From: Bacteriovoracaceae bacterium
Lineage (GTDB): Bacteria > Bdellovibrionota > Bacteriovoracia > Bacteriovoracales > Bacteriovoracaceae
DNA length: 64,000 bases
Direction: 5' to 3'
NCBI GenBank assembly: GCA_048270185.1
Contig: JBLWTJ010000002.1
Location: forward strand, 64,001-128,000
Each line of letters opens with the position of its first letter. Within the stretch, counting starts at the first letter, position 1. Under the pieces are notes generated by a model that was not told the DNA's origin, did not search any database, and saw nothing but the letters and a program-made list of their open reading frames with translations. This document shows, one piece after another, positions 28,833 through 38,898 of this stretch. Position numbers and translations under genes: made by a program.

Positions 28833-29246
28833 ATGAAACGTGCCACTTTACCCACATTACTGATATTACTTACTTTTTCAGCATTTTCTGCTGACAAGAT
28901 ACCTACTCTTAAAAGTGTTATGCAGGGCCTTGGAGATTCAATGGATGAGCTTAATCGAGGAATTTTTTATGAAGATTTCAAAGTCATAGAAAAAGCAGCA
29001 TTTAAAGTGGCCAATCACCCAAAGCCAAAAACTCAACTTCCTACAGTTATAAAAACTCTCAATATTAGAATGCCCAAGTTTAAAGCTTTTGATTCTAAGG
29101 TTCATGATTCAGCAATGGAAATTGTAGAATTCGCAAAGAAAAGAGATATGGACAATATTCTTAAGAAACATAAAGTAATTATGAACAACTGCGTTGCTTG
29201 CCATACTCAATTTAGAAGTGAAATTTCAAAAGCATTAGCTGAGTAG
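28833..29246 (+). CDS. Cytochrome c'-like four-helix cytochrome
   Basis: Signal peptide; C-terminal CVACH. Confidence 0.85.
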   Translation: MKRATLPTLLILLTFSAFSADKIPTLKSVMQGLGDSMDELNRGIFYEDFKVIEKAAFKVANHPKPKTQLPTVIKTLNIRMPKFKAFDSKVHDSAMEIVEFAKKRDMDNILKKHKVIMNNCVACHTQFRSEISKALAE

Positions 29247-29460
29247 AAAGCTCTAAATATGAATTACACAAGGTAATACAATATATTAGGTCACATAAAA
29301 TTTATTCAATTTTAAACTTAAATATGCTAATATAAAGAGATGAGTTTTATAATCTTAAAACACATTCTACACCGAAATACAGCTTCACTTGTTCAAGTGG
29401 TTAAATAGCTGCTTTTAACCTAAACTCACATAAATAATTATTTAAAAATGGAGGTAATCA

Positions 29461-29862
29461 GTGGAAACTGATAGAATTTTAATAACAGAAAAAGACTATT
29501 TAAGACTTACAAATTTAATGGGAAGTAATACAAATCACAATTTTGAAGATTTAGAGATCGAGTTAGATCGAGCTTCTATAATTTCAGATCATGAAGTCCC
29601 TAACGATCTTGTAACTATGAATTCAAAAGTTAAGTTTTTAGATTTAAAAACTAATAAAGATTCAATTATTACTATTGTATATCCACAAGATGCTAATACA
29701 AATGAAGCTAAGATTTCAATTTTTGCTCCTTTGGGCTCTGCTCTAATTGGTTTAAAGAAAAATCAAAAAATAAACTGGAAGTTTCCTAATGGCAAAACAA
29801 AGTCTCTAAAGGTTGTAGAAATACTTTATCAGCCAGAGGCTGCAAAGGATTGGCACCTCTAA
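29461..29862 (+). CDS. rnk: Nucleoside diphosphate kinase regulator (Gre family)
   Basis: VTMNSKV, IVYP, ISIFAPLGSALIGL, ILYQPEA. Confidence 0.92.
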   Translation: METDRILITEKDYLRLTNLMGSNTNHNFEDLEIELDRASIISDHEVPNDLVTMNSKVKFLDLKTNKDSIITIVYPQDANTNEAKISIFAPLGSALIGLKKNQKINWKFPNGKTKSLKVVEILYQPEAAKDWHL

Positions 29863-29872
29863 GAGGTTATAA

Positions 29873-30184
29873 ATGTCTATTAAGTTTAAAGCTATAATAT
29901 TGGCATTACTAATCGCTGTATCGAGCGGTAGTATATATTTCTATCTTGATAAACAAGTAGTCGAAATTGGTTGGGTCTATGGACAACTTCTCGATTCAAG
30001 TGACTCAAACTCTATTAATCTAGATGTTTCAGGAAAAGAGTACCATTTTATAAATAAAAATACTCCAAACAAAAAAGAACTAAGTAGCTTGTCTCGTGAG
30101 TTCATTAAAGTGCATTACCAAAAGAAGTTTTTTGATAAACTTCCTAAATCAACATTTTATTTAATATCTTGGGAGAAAATATAG
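29873..30184 (+). CDS. Hypothetical membrane-anchored protein
   Basis: GAGG SD; N-terminal TM. Confidence 0.6.
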   Translation: MSIKFKAIILALLIAVSSGSIYFYLDKQVVEIGWVYGQLLDSSDSNSINLDVSGKEYHFINKNTPNKKELSSLSREFIKVHYQKKFFDKLPKSTFYLISWEKI

Positions 30185-30186
30185 TC

Positions 30187-31350
30187 TTAATATGGTTTGC
30201 CGTCAGGCCTTTGAGTCGTTAGAGTTTTAAAGTACTTAATTATGAATATTCCAAAACCAAGCGTCCAAAGTCCACTAGCAAAATGTAAACTTCTTACGTA
30301 AATATCAGGGAAGAAAACAGGAACAAATACTCTTATTAAGCTACCCACAACTATTGCTGAGTATGATAAACAAGTCCAGAAATCTGCTCTAATTTTCCTA
30401 CCAGTATGCCCCAAACTAACTCTTGTCATTATCCCAATTCCCACAACTCCTAATCCTCCTGCCATTAGTAGATGTAGTGCCGCTTGTGTATAATGAACTT
30501 GGTCATTAAATAAACCTATCAACTCCATCAATAACTCAATATTTATTAGTGCTATTCCTATGTGTAACACATAAAGAATAGGAACTTTAAAAGTTACCCA
30601 AGGTTTCCACAAAGCCTGTCTCGAAACATTAGCTATAAGTGCTAAAGTTAATATTGCTCCAAGTACGAATCTTGGCACAGCTTCAGGCCAAGGAATAGCA
30701 ATTAATGCGACAGGAATTAAACTTAAAGGATTAATCCAATTCGGAAGATTTATGTCTATTCCCTTTATCTTCTTTCTAGTAAAAAATGGGATAACTCTGC
30801 CAGCGATCAAAAGAATGATAAATCGAATTAGACCAATTGCGATTTCTCTTCCTGAATTTTCAAGATAGTCCACAGAGTAAAGATAACCCCAACTATGGAG
30901 AACCTTAGCTACAGTTATCCCAAGTATTATTGGTATAAATATATTTCTCTGTTTTGGAAAATTCCTCAATTTTTTAAATAGCATTAAAGTTAAAATAGGG
31001 AAAAATAAATTCATTGCCAAAAGCTGAAGATGTTCACCATTAAAGATAAAGTATGAAAATCTTTCCACTAACCAGACCGTGATCAACAATAAAAGGCTAT
31101 TTCCTTGATATGGAGTAGAATTAGTCCAATTAGCACTAGCTGTTAAAATAAATCCTGCAATCAAAGCTCCTGTAAAGCCAAAAATCATTTCATGCCCATG
31201 CCAAAAAAGTGGATCAACAACTACGAGCGGAATTGACATTTTACCTAAATAATTAAGAATCCAAATGCTTGGATTAATAATCGCAATTAATGCTGCAAGA
31301 ATAAAAAATGGCCTGAAACTTATAGATAGTATTGGATTATTTTTTATCAA
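30187..31350 (-). CDS. nnrS: NnrS-family protein
   Basis: FRPFF, WHGHEMIFGF, GRVIPFFT, MTRVSLGHTGR, RPDGKP. Confidence 0.95.
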   Translation of the reverse strand: MIKNNPILSISFRPFFILAALIAIINPSIWILNYLGKMSIPLVVVDPLFWHGHEMIFGFTGALIAGFILTASANWTNSTPYQGNSLLLLITVWLVERFSYFIFNGEHLQLLAMNLFFPILTLMLFKKLRNFPKQRNIFIPIILGITVAKVLHSWGYLYSVDYLENSGREIAIGLIRFIILLIAGRVIPFFTRKKIKGIDINLPNWINPLSLIPVALIAIPWPEAVPRFVLGAILTLALIANVSRQALWKPWVTFKVPILYVLHIGIALINIELLMELIGLFNDQVHYTQAALHLLMAGGLGVVGIGIMTRVSLGHTGRKIRADFWTCLSYSAIVVGSLIRVFVPVFFPDIYVRSLHFASGLWTLGFGIFIIKYFKTLTTQRPDGKPY

Positions 31351-31374
31351 AGTAGTGTTCCTTTTACTCTTTAG

Positions 31375-31908
31375 TTAACTACAGCTTCCACAACAACCAT
31401 CAACTTCACTTAAAGCTTTAGGAAATAAGATATTATTTTCTGTTCCAATATGTTCCATTAGTTCACGCTCTAGAGTTTGCGCTCCTTGGTATAGTGCATT
31501 CCAACTTCCACATGCATCATCTGGAATCTCAAAGTTGTGTGCCAATTTTCGTAATTCAAGCAGATTCTCTCCATGACTCACATGTTCATGGGTCATTACA
31601 GAAATCGGCCCTTGCGCCATTGAACCTTGACCTGATTTTATCATAGGGAAAAGTATTTTTTCTTCTTTTTGCATATGAGATTCAAGCTCAAATTGCAATT
31701 TCATTAAAAAATCTGAAAGTCCAGTTGGACACTCTGGTTTATCAGAGTGTACCGACTCAACTTTTTTAGCAAGAGGAATCAAATACTCTAAGTCCTCTCT
31801 GTGCTTTTTATGAAACTTTTCTAAAATTTCATCGACAAGAGTTCCAAGAGGCATTTTATCCCACAAAAGGCTATCACTATCCTTTGAGTTATTTCTTCCC
31901 AAGCTCAT
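31375..31908 (-). CDS. ric: Hemerythrin-domain Fe-S repair protein (Ric/YtfE-like, lacking the N-terminal domain)
   Basis: HKKHRE, KVESVH, HMQKEEKILFP, EH, ACGSW..LY, EHIGTENNILFP. Confidence 0.85.
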   Translation of the reverse strand: MSLGRNNSKDSDSLLWDKMPLGTLVDEILEKFHKKHREDLEYLIPLAKKVESVHSDKPECPTGLSDFLMKLQFELESHMQKEEKILFPMIKSGQGSMAQGPISVMTHEHVSHGENLLELRKLAHNFEIPDDACGSWNALYQGAQTLERELMEHIGTENNILFPKALSEVDGCCGSCS

Positions 31909-31927
31909 AAGGTTCTCCTTTTTTCTT

Positions 31928-34201
31928 TTAATTTTCAACCACCAACTCACCTTCAAATTCCGATTCGTCTGACTTTAATTTGTATAGACCCGTTTTATCT
32001 AATATGGCCAAAGCATAAAAAACTGCGCCAAGAGCAAAAATCACATCACCTATAACTCTTAACCACCTTAGATTCTGTATCAGATCTGACTGCATTACTT
32101 CGCTACCTCTTGCGTACCATAGACCAACTTCAAGAGACGCATCAAACTGAATCAAGCCGATTGGAAGGAGACTTAAAATAATCATTAGTCCTAAACCAAT
32201 ATTCATTCCCCAAAAACCATATCCCATTATCTTGTCATTCCACTTACGTTCTTGGAATGTTGTTTGCACAATAAATAGAACTAGTCCAAGAGAGAGAAGG
32301 CCATACACTCCAAATGTCGCTCCATGCGCATGAACAGCAGTTGTATTTAAACCTTGCAAGTAATAAAGAGCAATTGGAGGATTGATTAAAAATCCAAATA
32401 TTCCAGCACCTACTAAGTTCCAAAAAGCGACTCCCACAAAGAAAGTAATTGGCCATTTATAGTTTTTTGTCCAACTCGTAAGTTTTTGAACTTTAAAAGT
32501 ATGAAATGCCTCAAAGCCAATCAGAACAAGAGGAACAACTTCAAGAGCAGAAAAGCATGCACCAATAGCACTAATTGAAATTGGTGTCCCACTAAAATAT
32601 AAGTGATGAAATGTACCCGGAATTCCACCAACTAAAAATATCGATGTCGAAAGTAAAGAAGCTTTAGTCGCAGACCTAGGTTTTATTAAACCAAGTGTAA
32701 CAAATATAAATGCTAATGCTACTGTTGCGAAAACTTCAAAGAAGCCCTCAACCCAAAGATGGACAACCCACCATCGCCAAAACTCCATAATACTTATGTG
32801 AGTCCTTGCTCCATAAAAAAGACCTCCTCCATAAAAGAGTCCAATTGCAATCGTTGAAGCAGAAAATAAAAGAAGTAATTGCTTATTATCTTTAGCAATC
32901 TTAAGAGCAGGAGCAATACATCTTAACATTAATGTTAGCCAAACACCTAATCCCACTAAAAGTAATATTTGCCATACTCTTCCTAAGTCAACGTACTCGT
33001 AGCCTTGATGACCAAACCAAAAACTTAGATCAAAATCTAATAACTGGTGAATGGCGAGTGCTTCTCCTGTTAGGGAACCAAAAACAACTACAAGTAATGC
33101 ACCAAAAAGAAAGTTTACACCAAATCGTTGATACTTTGGATCTTCACCACCATTAATTATGGGGGCGATAAATAAACCTGCTGCAAGAAAAGATGTAGCA
33201 ATCCAAAACAACGCAATTTGAATATGCCAAGTTCTCGCTAATGTATATGGTAAGAACTTTGATAATGGAAAACCATAAAAGTCCTGTCCCTCAACAGTGT
33301 AATGGGCAAGTATCCCTCCAAGTCCTATTTGAATAATGAAAAGAACAACCACAACACCCCAATACTTCCAAAGGGACTTCATTGAAGGTGTAAGCTTAAA
33401 ATTCTTAAGTGGATCATTACTTGGAAGTTCAGAGTTTACATCATCCTCTTCTTTTTTAAATGCATAATACCAAACAAGAAAACCTATAGAAGTTAAGAGT
33501 AGAATTACTGAAATTATTGACCAAAAAATATTTTCACTTGTCGGCACATTGTCTATTAGCGGTTCATGAGGCCAGTTATTAGTGTAAGTATGATTTTCCC
33601 CAGGTCTATTCGCTGAAGCTGCCCAAGTTGACCAATGAAAGAAGGCCATCATTTTTTCTCTTCTCTCGGCAGAAGGCAAAACTTCCTCATGAATTGCATA
33701 GGCCTTTCTTGTTTCTCTCAATTCAGGACTATTGCTAAATAAACTTAAGTAATACTCTTTTGTCTTTAAGTATGCTTGATATCTAATATCTGAGATTAAA
33801 ACTTTATCATTTTCAACTTTTGACTCTCGGTAGTCTTCTAACATCGAAGCTTTAACCAACATTTTTTCTTGTTTTGAGAGATCATTAAAGCTTTTTCCAA
33901 GCTTATTTTTACTATAAATTGTTTGGTAATTTACTAGTTCTCTATGTAACCAGTCCGCTGTCCAGTCTGGAGCTTGATAAGCTCCATGCCCCCAAATAGA
34001 GCCAATCTGTTGGCCACCAATGGATTGCCAAACTTCTTGACCATCCAAAATATCATCTTTGGTATAGATAACCCCCTGAGAGCTTGAATTTATGCTTTCG
34101 TACAAAGGAGGTGCCTTTTTATATACCTCACTTCCAAAAAAACCTAATATTGTAAATGTTCCGACAAGAACAAATACTAGTGTCCACCAATACTTTTTCA
34201 T
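31928..34201 (-). CDS. norB: Quinol-dependent nitric oxide reductase (qNor)
   Basis: GSIWGHGAYQAPDWTADWLH, WRWWVVHLWVEGFFEVFAT, GTFHHLYF, VHAHGA. Confidence 0.97.
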   Translation of the reverse strand: MKKYWWTLVFVLVGTFTILGFFGSEVYKKAPPLYESINSSSQGVIYTKDDILDGQEVWQSIGGQQIGSIWGHGAYQAPDWTADWLHRELVNYQTIYSKNKLGKSFNDLSKQEKMLVKASMLEDYRESKVENDKVLISDIRYQAYLKTKEYYLSLFSNSPELRETRKAYAIHEEVLPSAERREKMMAFFHWSTWAASANRPGENHTYTNNWPHEPLIDNVPTSENIFWSIISVILLLTSIGFLVWYYAFKKEEDDVNSELPSNDPLKNFKLTPSMKSLWKYWGVVVVLFIIQIGLGGILAHYTVEGQDFYGFPLSKFLPYTLARTWHIQIALFWIATSFLAAGLFIAPIINGGEDPKYQRFGVNFLFGALLVVVFGSLTGEALAIHQLLDFDLSFWFGHQGYEYVDLGRVWQILLLVGLGVWLTLMLRCIAPALKIAKDNKQLLLLFSASTIAIGLFYGGGLFYGARTHISIMEFWRWWVVHLWVEGFFEVFATVALAFIFVTLGLIKPRSATKASLLSTSIFLVGGIPGTFHHLYFSGTPISISAIGACFSALEVVPLVLIGFEAFHTFKVQKLTSWTKNYKWPITFFVGVAFWNLVGAGIFGFLINPPIALYYLQGLNTTAVHAHGATFGVYGLLSLGLVLFIVQTTFQERKWNDKIMGYGFWGMNIGLGLMIILSLLPIGLIQFDASLEVGLWYARGSEVMQSDLIQNLRWLRVIGDVIFALGAVFYALAILDKTGLYKLKSDESEFEGELVVEN

Positions 34202-34217
34202 ACAACCTCACAGATTT

Positions 34218-34255
34218 GGTATATTTTACATATATTAATATATATAAAATATATC
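34218..34255. promoter_or_regulatory. Putative NsrR/Rrf2 operator region
   Basis: 38-bp imperfect palindrome (2 mismatches) between divergent norB and the Rrf2 gene; very AT-rich. Confidence 0.5.
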
Positions 34256-34291
34256 ATTGTAAATGTAAAATATGAATGGCATAAATAATTT

Positions 34292-34681
34292 ATGCGATTG
34301 AAAACAAAAACAGACTATTGCATTAGAGTATTAATTTACCTTCAAATGAATGAAGGAAAAGTAAGAATTCAAGATATTGCAGATAGTTATAATATTTCGA
34401 AAAACCATTTGAGCGTTGCAGTAAATAAACTGTCTGAGCTAGGATATGTTATCTCAACTCTTGGCCCAAAAGGTGGAATTGAATTCAATAAAGATTATGA
34501 ACACAAATCAATAGGAGAACTTGTTTCTCAAGTTGAAGATTTTGATATTGTCGAGTGCTTTAATCCCGAAAAAAATACGTGTACTTTAAATCCAAAGTGC
34601 AAACTTAAAGGTATGCTTAATAAAGCAACAAATGCCTTTCTATTAGAATTAAAAAAGCACAAAATCAAAGACCTTGTGTGA
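34292..34681 (+). CDS. nsrR: Rrf2-family NO-responsive regulator
   Basis: MRL..KTDY..R.LIYL, ISKNHL, three Cys (VECF..NTC..KC); divergent from norB. Confidence 0.85.
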   Translation: MRLKTKTDYCIRVLIYLQMNEGKVRIQDIADSYNISKNHLSVAVNKLSELGYVISTLGPKGGIEFNKDYEHKSIGELVSQVEDFDIVECFNPEKNTCTLNPKCKLKGMLNKATNAFLLELKKHKIKDLV

Positions 34682-34944
34682 GTATTTTTAAATTTAACAA
34701 CCAAATTGTCCCATATAGAAATAGTGAACAAACAGTACTTGAAGCTTTAGAAGAAAGTGGTTTCTACATTCCATCATCTTGTCTCTCTGGAAGATGTAAT
34801 TTTTGCTTGCTCCAACTGGACAATGGAGAAGTAAATGAGTCATCTCAGTATAACTTAAGTGAAAAAATGTTAAAGAGAAGCCTATTCAAGTCTTGTGTAG
34901 CTAAAGCGAATAATAGTATTCAGTGTAACGATAAATATATCTAA
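34678..34944 (+). CDS. 2Fe-2S ferredoxin-like protein
   Basis: SSCLSGRCNFC...SC. Confidence 0.85.
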   Translation: MSIFKFNNQIVPYRNSEQTVLEALEESGFYIPSSCLSGRCNFCLLQLDNGEVNESSQYNLSEKMLKRSLFKSCVAKANNSIQCNDKYI

Positions 34945-34969
34945 AAATTACTATTAAAAAATTTAAGTT

Positions 34970-35256
34970 TAAAGCCGTCTTGATCTTCTACGGGCTGGAT
35001 ACCTGCGAGGTATCATAACGATTTGTTGCCTTTGTCTATTCCTTTCCAATTGAAGGAAAAGTGATCTGTAGTCTTGTACGCATTTATCTAGAAAGGTTAT
35101 AAAGTCCGTGTTTAATTTTCCAAGATGAAAATCTATAAAATTTTGTCTTGAAAATGGAACAACGTAAGACCACCCATCTTCCTTAAGTGGCATAAGGAAA
35201 GGGGCTTCCACCACCGGAATCCGATGGTGGAGGTGGTGGTAACCTTCGATCACCTT
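34970..35256 (-). ncRNA. Candidate structured RNA (overlaps a 104-aa ORF of uncertain status)
   Basis: At least six hairpins and a three-way junction; G-U pairs favour the minus strand. Confidence 0.4.
35224..35239. repeat. 16-bp direct repeat of the tmRNA 3' end (att-like)
   Basis: ATGGTGGAGGTGGTGG identical to 45314-45329. Confidence 0.65.
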
Positions 35257-35339
35257 AATATTATTGATATAGCAAGAAGTCATTACTACAAATCACTACA
35301 TTACATTTTTTTAATTTTAAAATCCAAAATATTATCAAT

Positions 35340-36200
35340 TTAAGACTCGTCTTCTTCTATTCTTCTAGTAACTAAATTATTTTGTACGTCTCTAATCCAG
35401 GCTGCGACTCCATTTGAATTTTCTAGACCTGAAAAAAATATAGAGAACCAATTATTGAAAGATTCAAACTCTAAATCTTTATCATCTCGTGTTGAAATAA
35501 ATGAATTTTGCACCTCTTGCTCAGTTACATATCTTCCCCTAGGAAGATGCGGAAGCATTGCCTGGGGAGACCTTACAAGGCTGGCCCACTTGTCACTTAA
35601 CCAATTTAGAATATTCGTCTTTTCTACAACATTATTGATATGAAAAGTAACTGTCTGATTTGCACCCAATTGCCTCAATCTAACAACTGGTGCAGATAAA
35701 TCACCAGAGAATTCACAAGTGATTAACCTTTGGTTTAAAAAGTTATCAAAATATGGATGAATGATTCTTTCATTGGCATTTACTCCAGTAATCACGTTAC
35801 CTCTTTTTGAATTACATAAACATGAAGGTATCAGATTTCGTGAGTGTATTGTAAATTCGGGGTGAGTTGACTGTGGTAGGTAATGATCAACAGTCCCTGT
35901 CCCAATACTCCCACACATAGGGCAACAACTTGTAGAAACTTCATACCTTACTTGAGAAATAAAGCTTAAGCATTTTAGTGGATTTTTATAATGGTATTCT
36001 AGAGCATTTCTCAGTTCTGTGCCAATTTGCACAGAAGGACAGAGATATGGGTTTCCATTATTGTTTATAAATTGCTGATACTGAGCAAGCATAATTAGAT
36101 ACTCATGAGAAAGATAAGGATGACACTTAATGTGAGTCTTGCTACATAAATCTTTTAGCAACTGAATATCATCAATATTTGGCATATTTACTGATTTCAT
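35340..36200 (-). CDS. HNH endonuclease (Septu PtuB-like)
   Basis: CPMCG..TVDHYLP..HPEF..NLIPSC.CN; IIHPYFD. Confidence 0.85.
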   Translation of the reverse strand: MKSVNMPNIDDIQLLKDLCSKTHIKCHPYLSHEYLIMLAQYQQFINNNGNPYLCPSVQIGTELRNALEYHYKNPLKCLSFISQVRYEVSTSCCPMCGSIGTGTVDHYLPQSTHPEFTIHSRNLIPSCLCNSKRGNVITGVNANERIIHPYFDNFLNQRLITCEFSGDLSAPVVRLRQLGANQTVTFHINNVVEKTNILNWLSDKWASLVRSPQAMLPHLPRGRYVTEQEVQNSFISTRDDKDLEFESFNNWFSIFFSGLENSNGVAAWIRDVQNNLVTRRIEEDES

Positions 36201-36203
36201 ACT

Positions 36204-37868
36204 TTAACCACTAATTTCTCGTTTTAACGACATCAATACTTCTGTAGATAACTCTGACTTGAGTGTATCGAGGTCAAAATCAATGTTACCTTTTTTATCA
36301 CGAATGTTTTCTAGAATATTATTAGTTAATTTATCATCAATATTGTCATCGAATACAAAGTGAGAAATGTCTCCGATATTAGCTCCATAGGTTTTCAACC
36401 TGGGATTCACAATACTAATACCTCTATCAGGCATCTCTTTAAAAACGTGAACTTGTTCTCTTGATATTTCTCTCACAAAATAAGCAGAATGGGTTGCAAT
36501 AATAGAGTAAGAGCCTGTAGCCCTTAGTAGCGTATTTAGCAATGATATAAAGTCAGAAATTAAATTAGGATGTAAGTGAGTTTCAGGCTCATCTAGTAAC
36601 AAGAGAGAACCGTTCTCGATATGTAAACAAGCTAACAATGCAACTTTAAAAAAAGAAAGCTGACCACTGCTTAAAGGATATAATGTGCCATCTCTAAATA
36701 TTTTGGGCTCAGCCTTCTCACTTATTGCTCCTAATAATAGAAGTCTTCTTTGTTCACCTATATTTCTTTTAAGAAATCCCGACAATGGATAAAACGGAGG
36801 AAGTCCGTCATATTGTTCTATTGGAATTACAATATCCTCAACAGGTAAACAATTACTTACTGAGTTGTAAAAAATATTATATCGAAACTGATTACCAATT
36901 ACATCTTCACTTCTAAGAAGCTGTTGAAAAGATTCCCCTGTTGCCGCATTTATACTTTTACTGTTCCTTATCATATTGAGTAGTTTATATTTTATTCTAG
37001 GCCTCTTAACATTCAGACGTGGAAATGTATTATAAACTTCACCTGGCGTCCCAATGGCAATAAGTCTATTTATTAATGGTCGACCAGTTTTTCCATTTGG
37101 GTCGCGTAAAATATTCAAATGATCTGTTCTTCCTACTAAAGCACTGACAATTTTACTTAATGCCTGGCTTTTACCTAAACCATTTTTACCAATCATAATA
37201 TTAATTCTTTTTGGTAAAACTGAGTCTTGGCTAAAAGTGAATTTTATTTGATGAGGGTTAGAAAATGAATCTAATTGAAATTTTAAATCTAAGTTTTTTG
37301 ATATTATATCGAAGCTTTCAAAGTCAAGGCCTTTTAGAATTTCTCCTGCACTGTGATAAGCAAAATAACTTTCAGAATTCCTCATAAATGCTTCACGAAA
37401 GGCCAAAGATTTCTTTCCCTTTATAAGCCAATCATCTGTTTTTTGTTGTTGTCCTTCCCAGAACACTAAATCTGAAACTGACTTTAGTACAGAATTTGCA
37501 ATTTCAGGTGTTACTGTTTTCACTAATTTTCTATACTCTCCAATAGTTGGCAACATTGTAAAGAATGCTTCGAAGTTTTCAACAGGGATTAATTCTTTTA
37601 CGGAGTTAGTTTTTTGTATATACTCTTGTAGCCTTGACCGAAGTCCAATTTCTACTTCGCTAGTTGTTTCAGGGACAAAAGCGAGAAAACTTTCAAAGGA
37701 AAATAAATCATTATTAGTTTTTAAATAAATTAGTGCTTTAATCTTATGTTTGAAATCATTCCACTGGTCCTCACTTGGAATTATTAAGATTTCTCCAGCC
37801 TCTAATTTGTCAGTATTTTTTTCGAGTGAGAATAAGACCTTCCATTCAGTTATTTTTTTGCTTTCCAT
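36204..37868 (-). CDS. ABC-type ATPase (Septu PtuA-like)
   Basis: GKNGLGKS, LSSGQ, LLLLDEPETHLHP, IIATHS. Confidence 0.88.
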   Translation of the reverse strand: MESKKITEWKVLFSLEKNTDKLEAGEILIIPSEDQWNDFKHKIKALIYLKTNNDLFSFESFLAFVPETTSEVEIGLRSRLQEYIQKTNSVKELIPVENFEAFFTMLPTIGEYRKLVKTVTPEIANSVLKSVSDLVFWEGQQQKTDDWLIKGKKSLAFREAFMRNSESYFAYHSAGEILKGLDFESFDIISKNLDLKFQLDSFSNPHQIKFTFSQDSVLPKRINIMIGKNGLGKSQALSKIVSALVGRTDHLNILRDPNGKTGRPLINRLIAIGTPGEVYNTFPRLNVKRPRIKYKLLNMIRNSKSINAATGESFQQLLRSEDVIGNQFRYNIFYNSVSNCLPVEDIVIPIEQYDGLPPFYPLSGFLKRNIGEQRRLLLLGAISEKAEPKIFRDGTLYPLSSGQLSFFKVALLACLHIENGSLLLLDEPETHLHPNLISDFISLLNTLLRATGSYSIIATHSAYFVREISREQVHVFKEMPDRGISIVNPRLKTYGANIGDISHFVFDDNIDDKLTNNILENIRDKKGNIDFDLDTLKSELSTEVLMSLKREISG

Positions 37869-38175
37869 AATCTACCTATAATATATATTTACATGTAATT
37901 ATAGAGTAAAAACTAAAAACATAAAACTTACCTGTTTCTAGTTCCTACCTCTTTATAGAATCAATTACTTAAGGAAAGTAAATCTCTATCTTTTCATGTC
38001 TTGAAAAAGAGTTGTTTTATGGACATTTATATTTAGATTAATAACTCTTTAGAAAGATGTAATATTATTACCAGGCACTTTCAATCTAATACAAGCTAGT
38101 TAGTGTGATCACTTTAGTATAAAGTGAAAGTAATCTATTGCTACGCTTACCAGAATTTAAGCTAGTTATGACTTT

Positions 38176-38898
38176 CTATTCTAAAAGTAAATTAGATTTT
38201 TTAGCTAAGTAATCTACACTAGATTGATAATCTGGAAGGAAATTAGATATTAGATTCCAAAACTCTTTACCATGATTACGTTCCTTAAGGTGACACAGTT
38301 CATGTACTACAATATATCTAATTATATATTTAGGTAGAAAGGCCATTCTCCAATCTAATTTAATTACTCCATTATCTTCACATAGCGCCCAAACATCTTT
38401 TCTATCTATAAACTTTAGTTCTGGAGTTTTTATAATTAACTTTGATTCATACATTGAGGTGATTTTAATGTATTCCGTTTCAAGACTTTTCTTAAAAAAT
38501 GAAATAAATGAATCTTTAATTACTTCATTTCTAAATTTTAAAGGTATATCTATTGGAACATTAACATTAAATCCTCTAATAGAATGAGCTATTTCAACTT
38601 CATTCGTCTCGACAGCAGATATATTTATCATCTCATAGCGGTCGTGAAATAGAACCTTTGAACCACTCATAAAGTTTTCCGGCCATGGGTCACGAATCTC
38701 TCTATGACCTAACTCATACCACTGATTGAATATCCACTCTTCATTCTTTCTAAGAAATTCACTATTATCTGATAGCTGGGAACTAGGAACCTCTAACTCT
38801 ATTCCTAAAGGGGTTACATTTAGCCTTCTAGACTTCAATCTCTTATTTAGCGATACCTTACATGGTATTTTAGTTTTACCTACTTCAAAAAAATCCAT
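38176..38898 (-). CDS. YgjP-like M48 metallopeptidase associated with type I R-M
   Basis: YIVVHELCHLKERNH..FW. Confidence 0.9.
   Translation of the reverse strand: MDFFEVGKTKIPCKVSLNKRLKSRRLNVTPLGIELEVPSSQLSDNSEFLRKNEEWIFNQWYELGHREIRDPWPENFMSGSKVLFHDRYEMINISAVETNEVEIAHSIRGFNVNVPIDIPLKFRNEVIKDSFISFFKKSLETEYIKITSMYESKLIIKTPELKFIDRKDVWALCEDNGVIKLDWRMAFLPKYIIRYIVVHELCHLKERNHGKEFWNLISNFLPDYQSSVDYLAKKSNLLLE

Noticed and set aside
37869..38175. 307-bp intergenic region upstream of ptuA as an ncRNA
   Set aside because: Only weak AT-rich hairpins; no convincing structure.
35340..38176. Retron type I-A
   Set aside because: No reverse transcriptase ORF near the ATPase-HNH pair or elsewhere in the ORF track.
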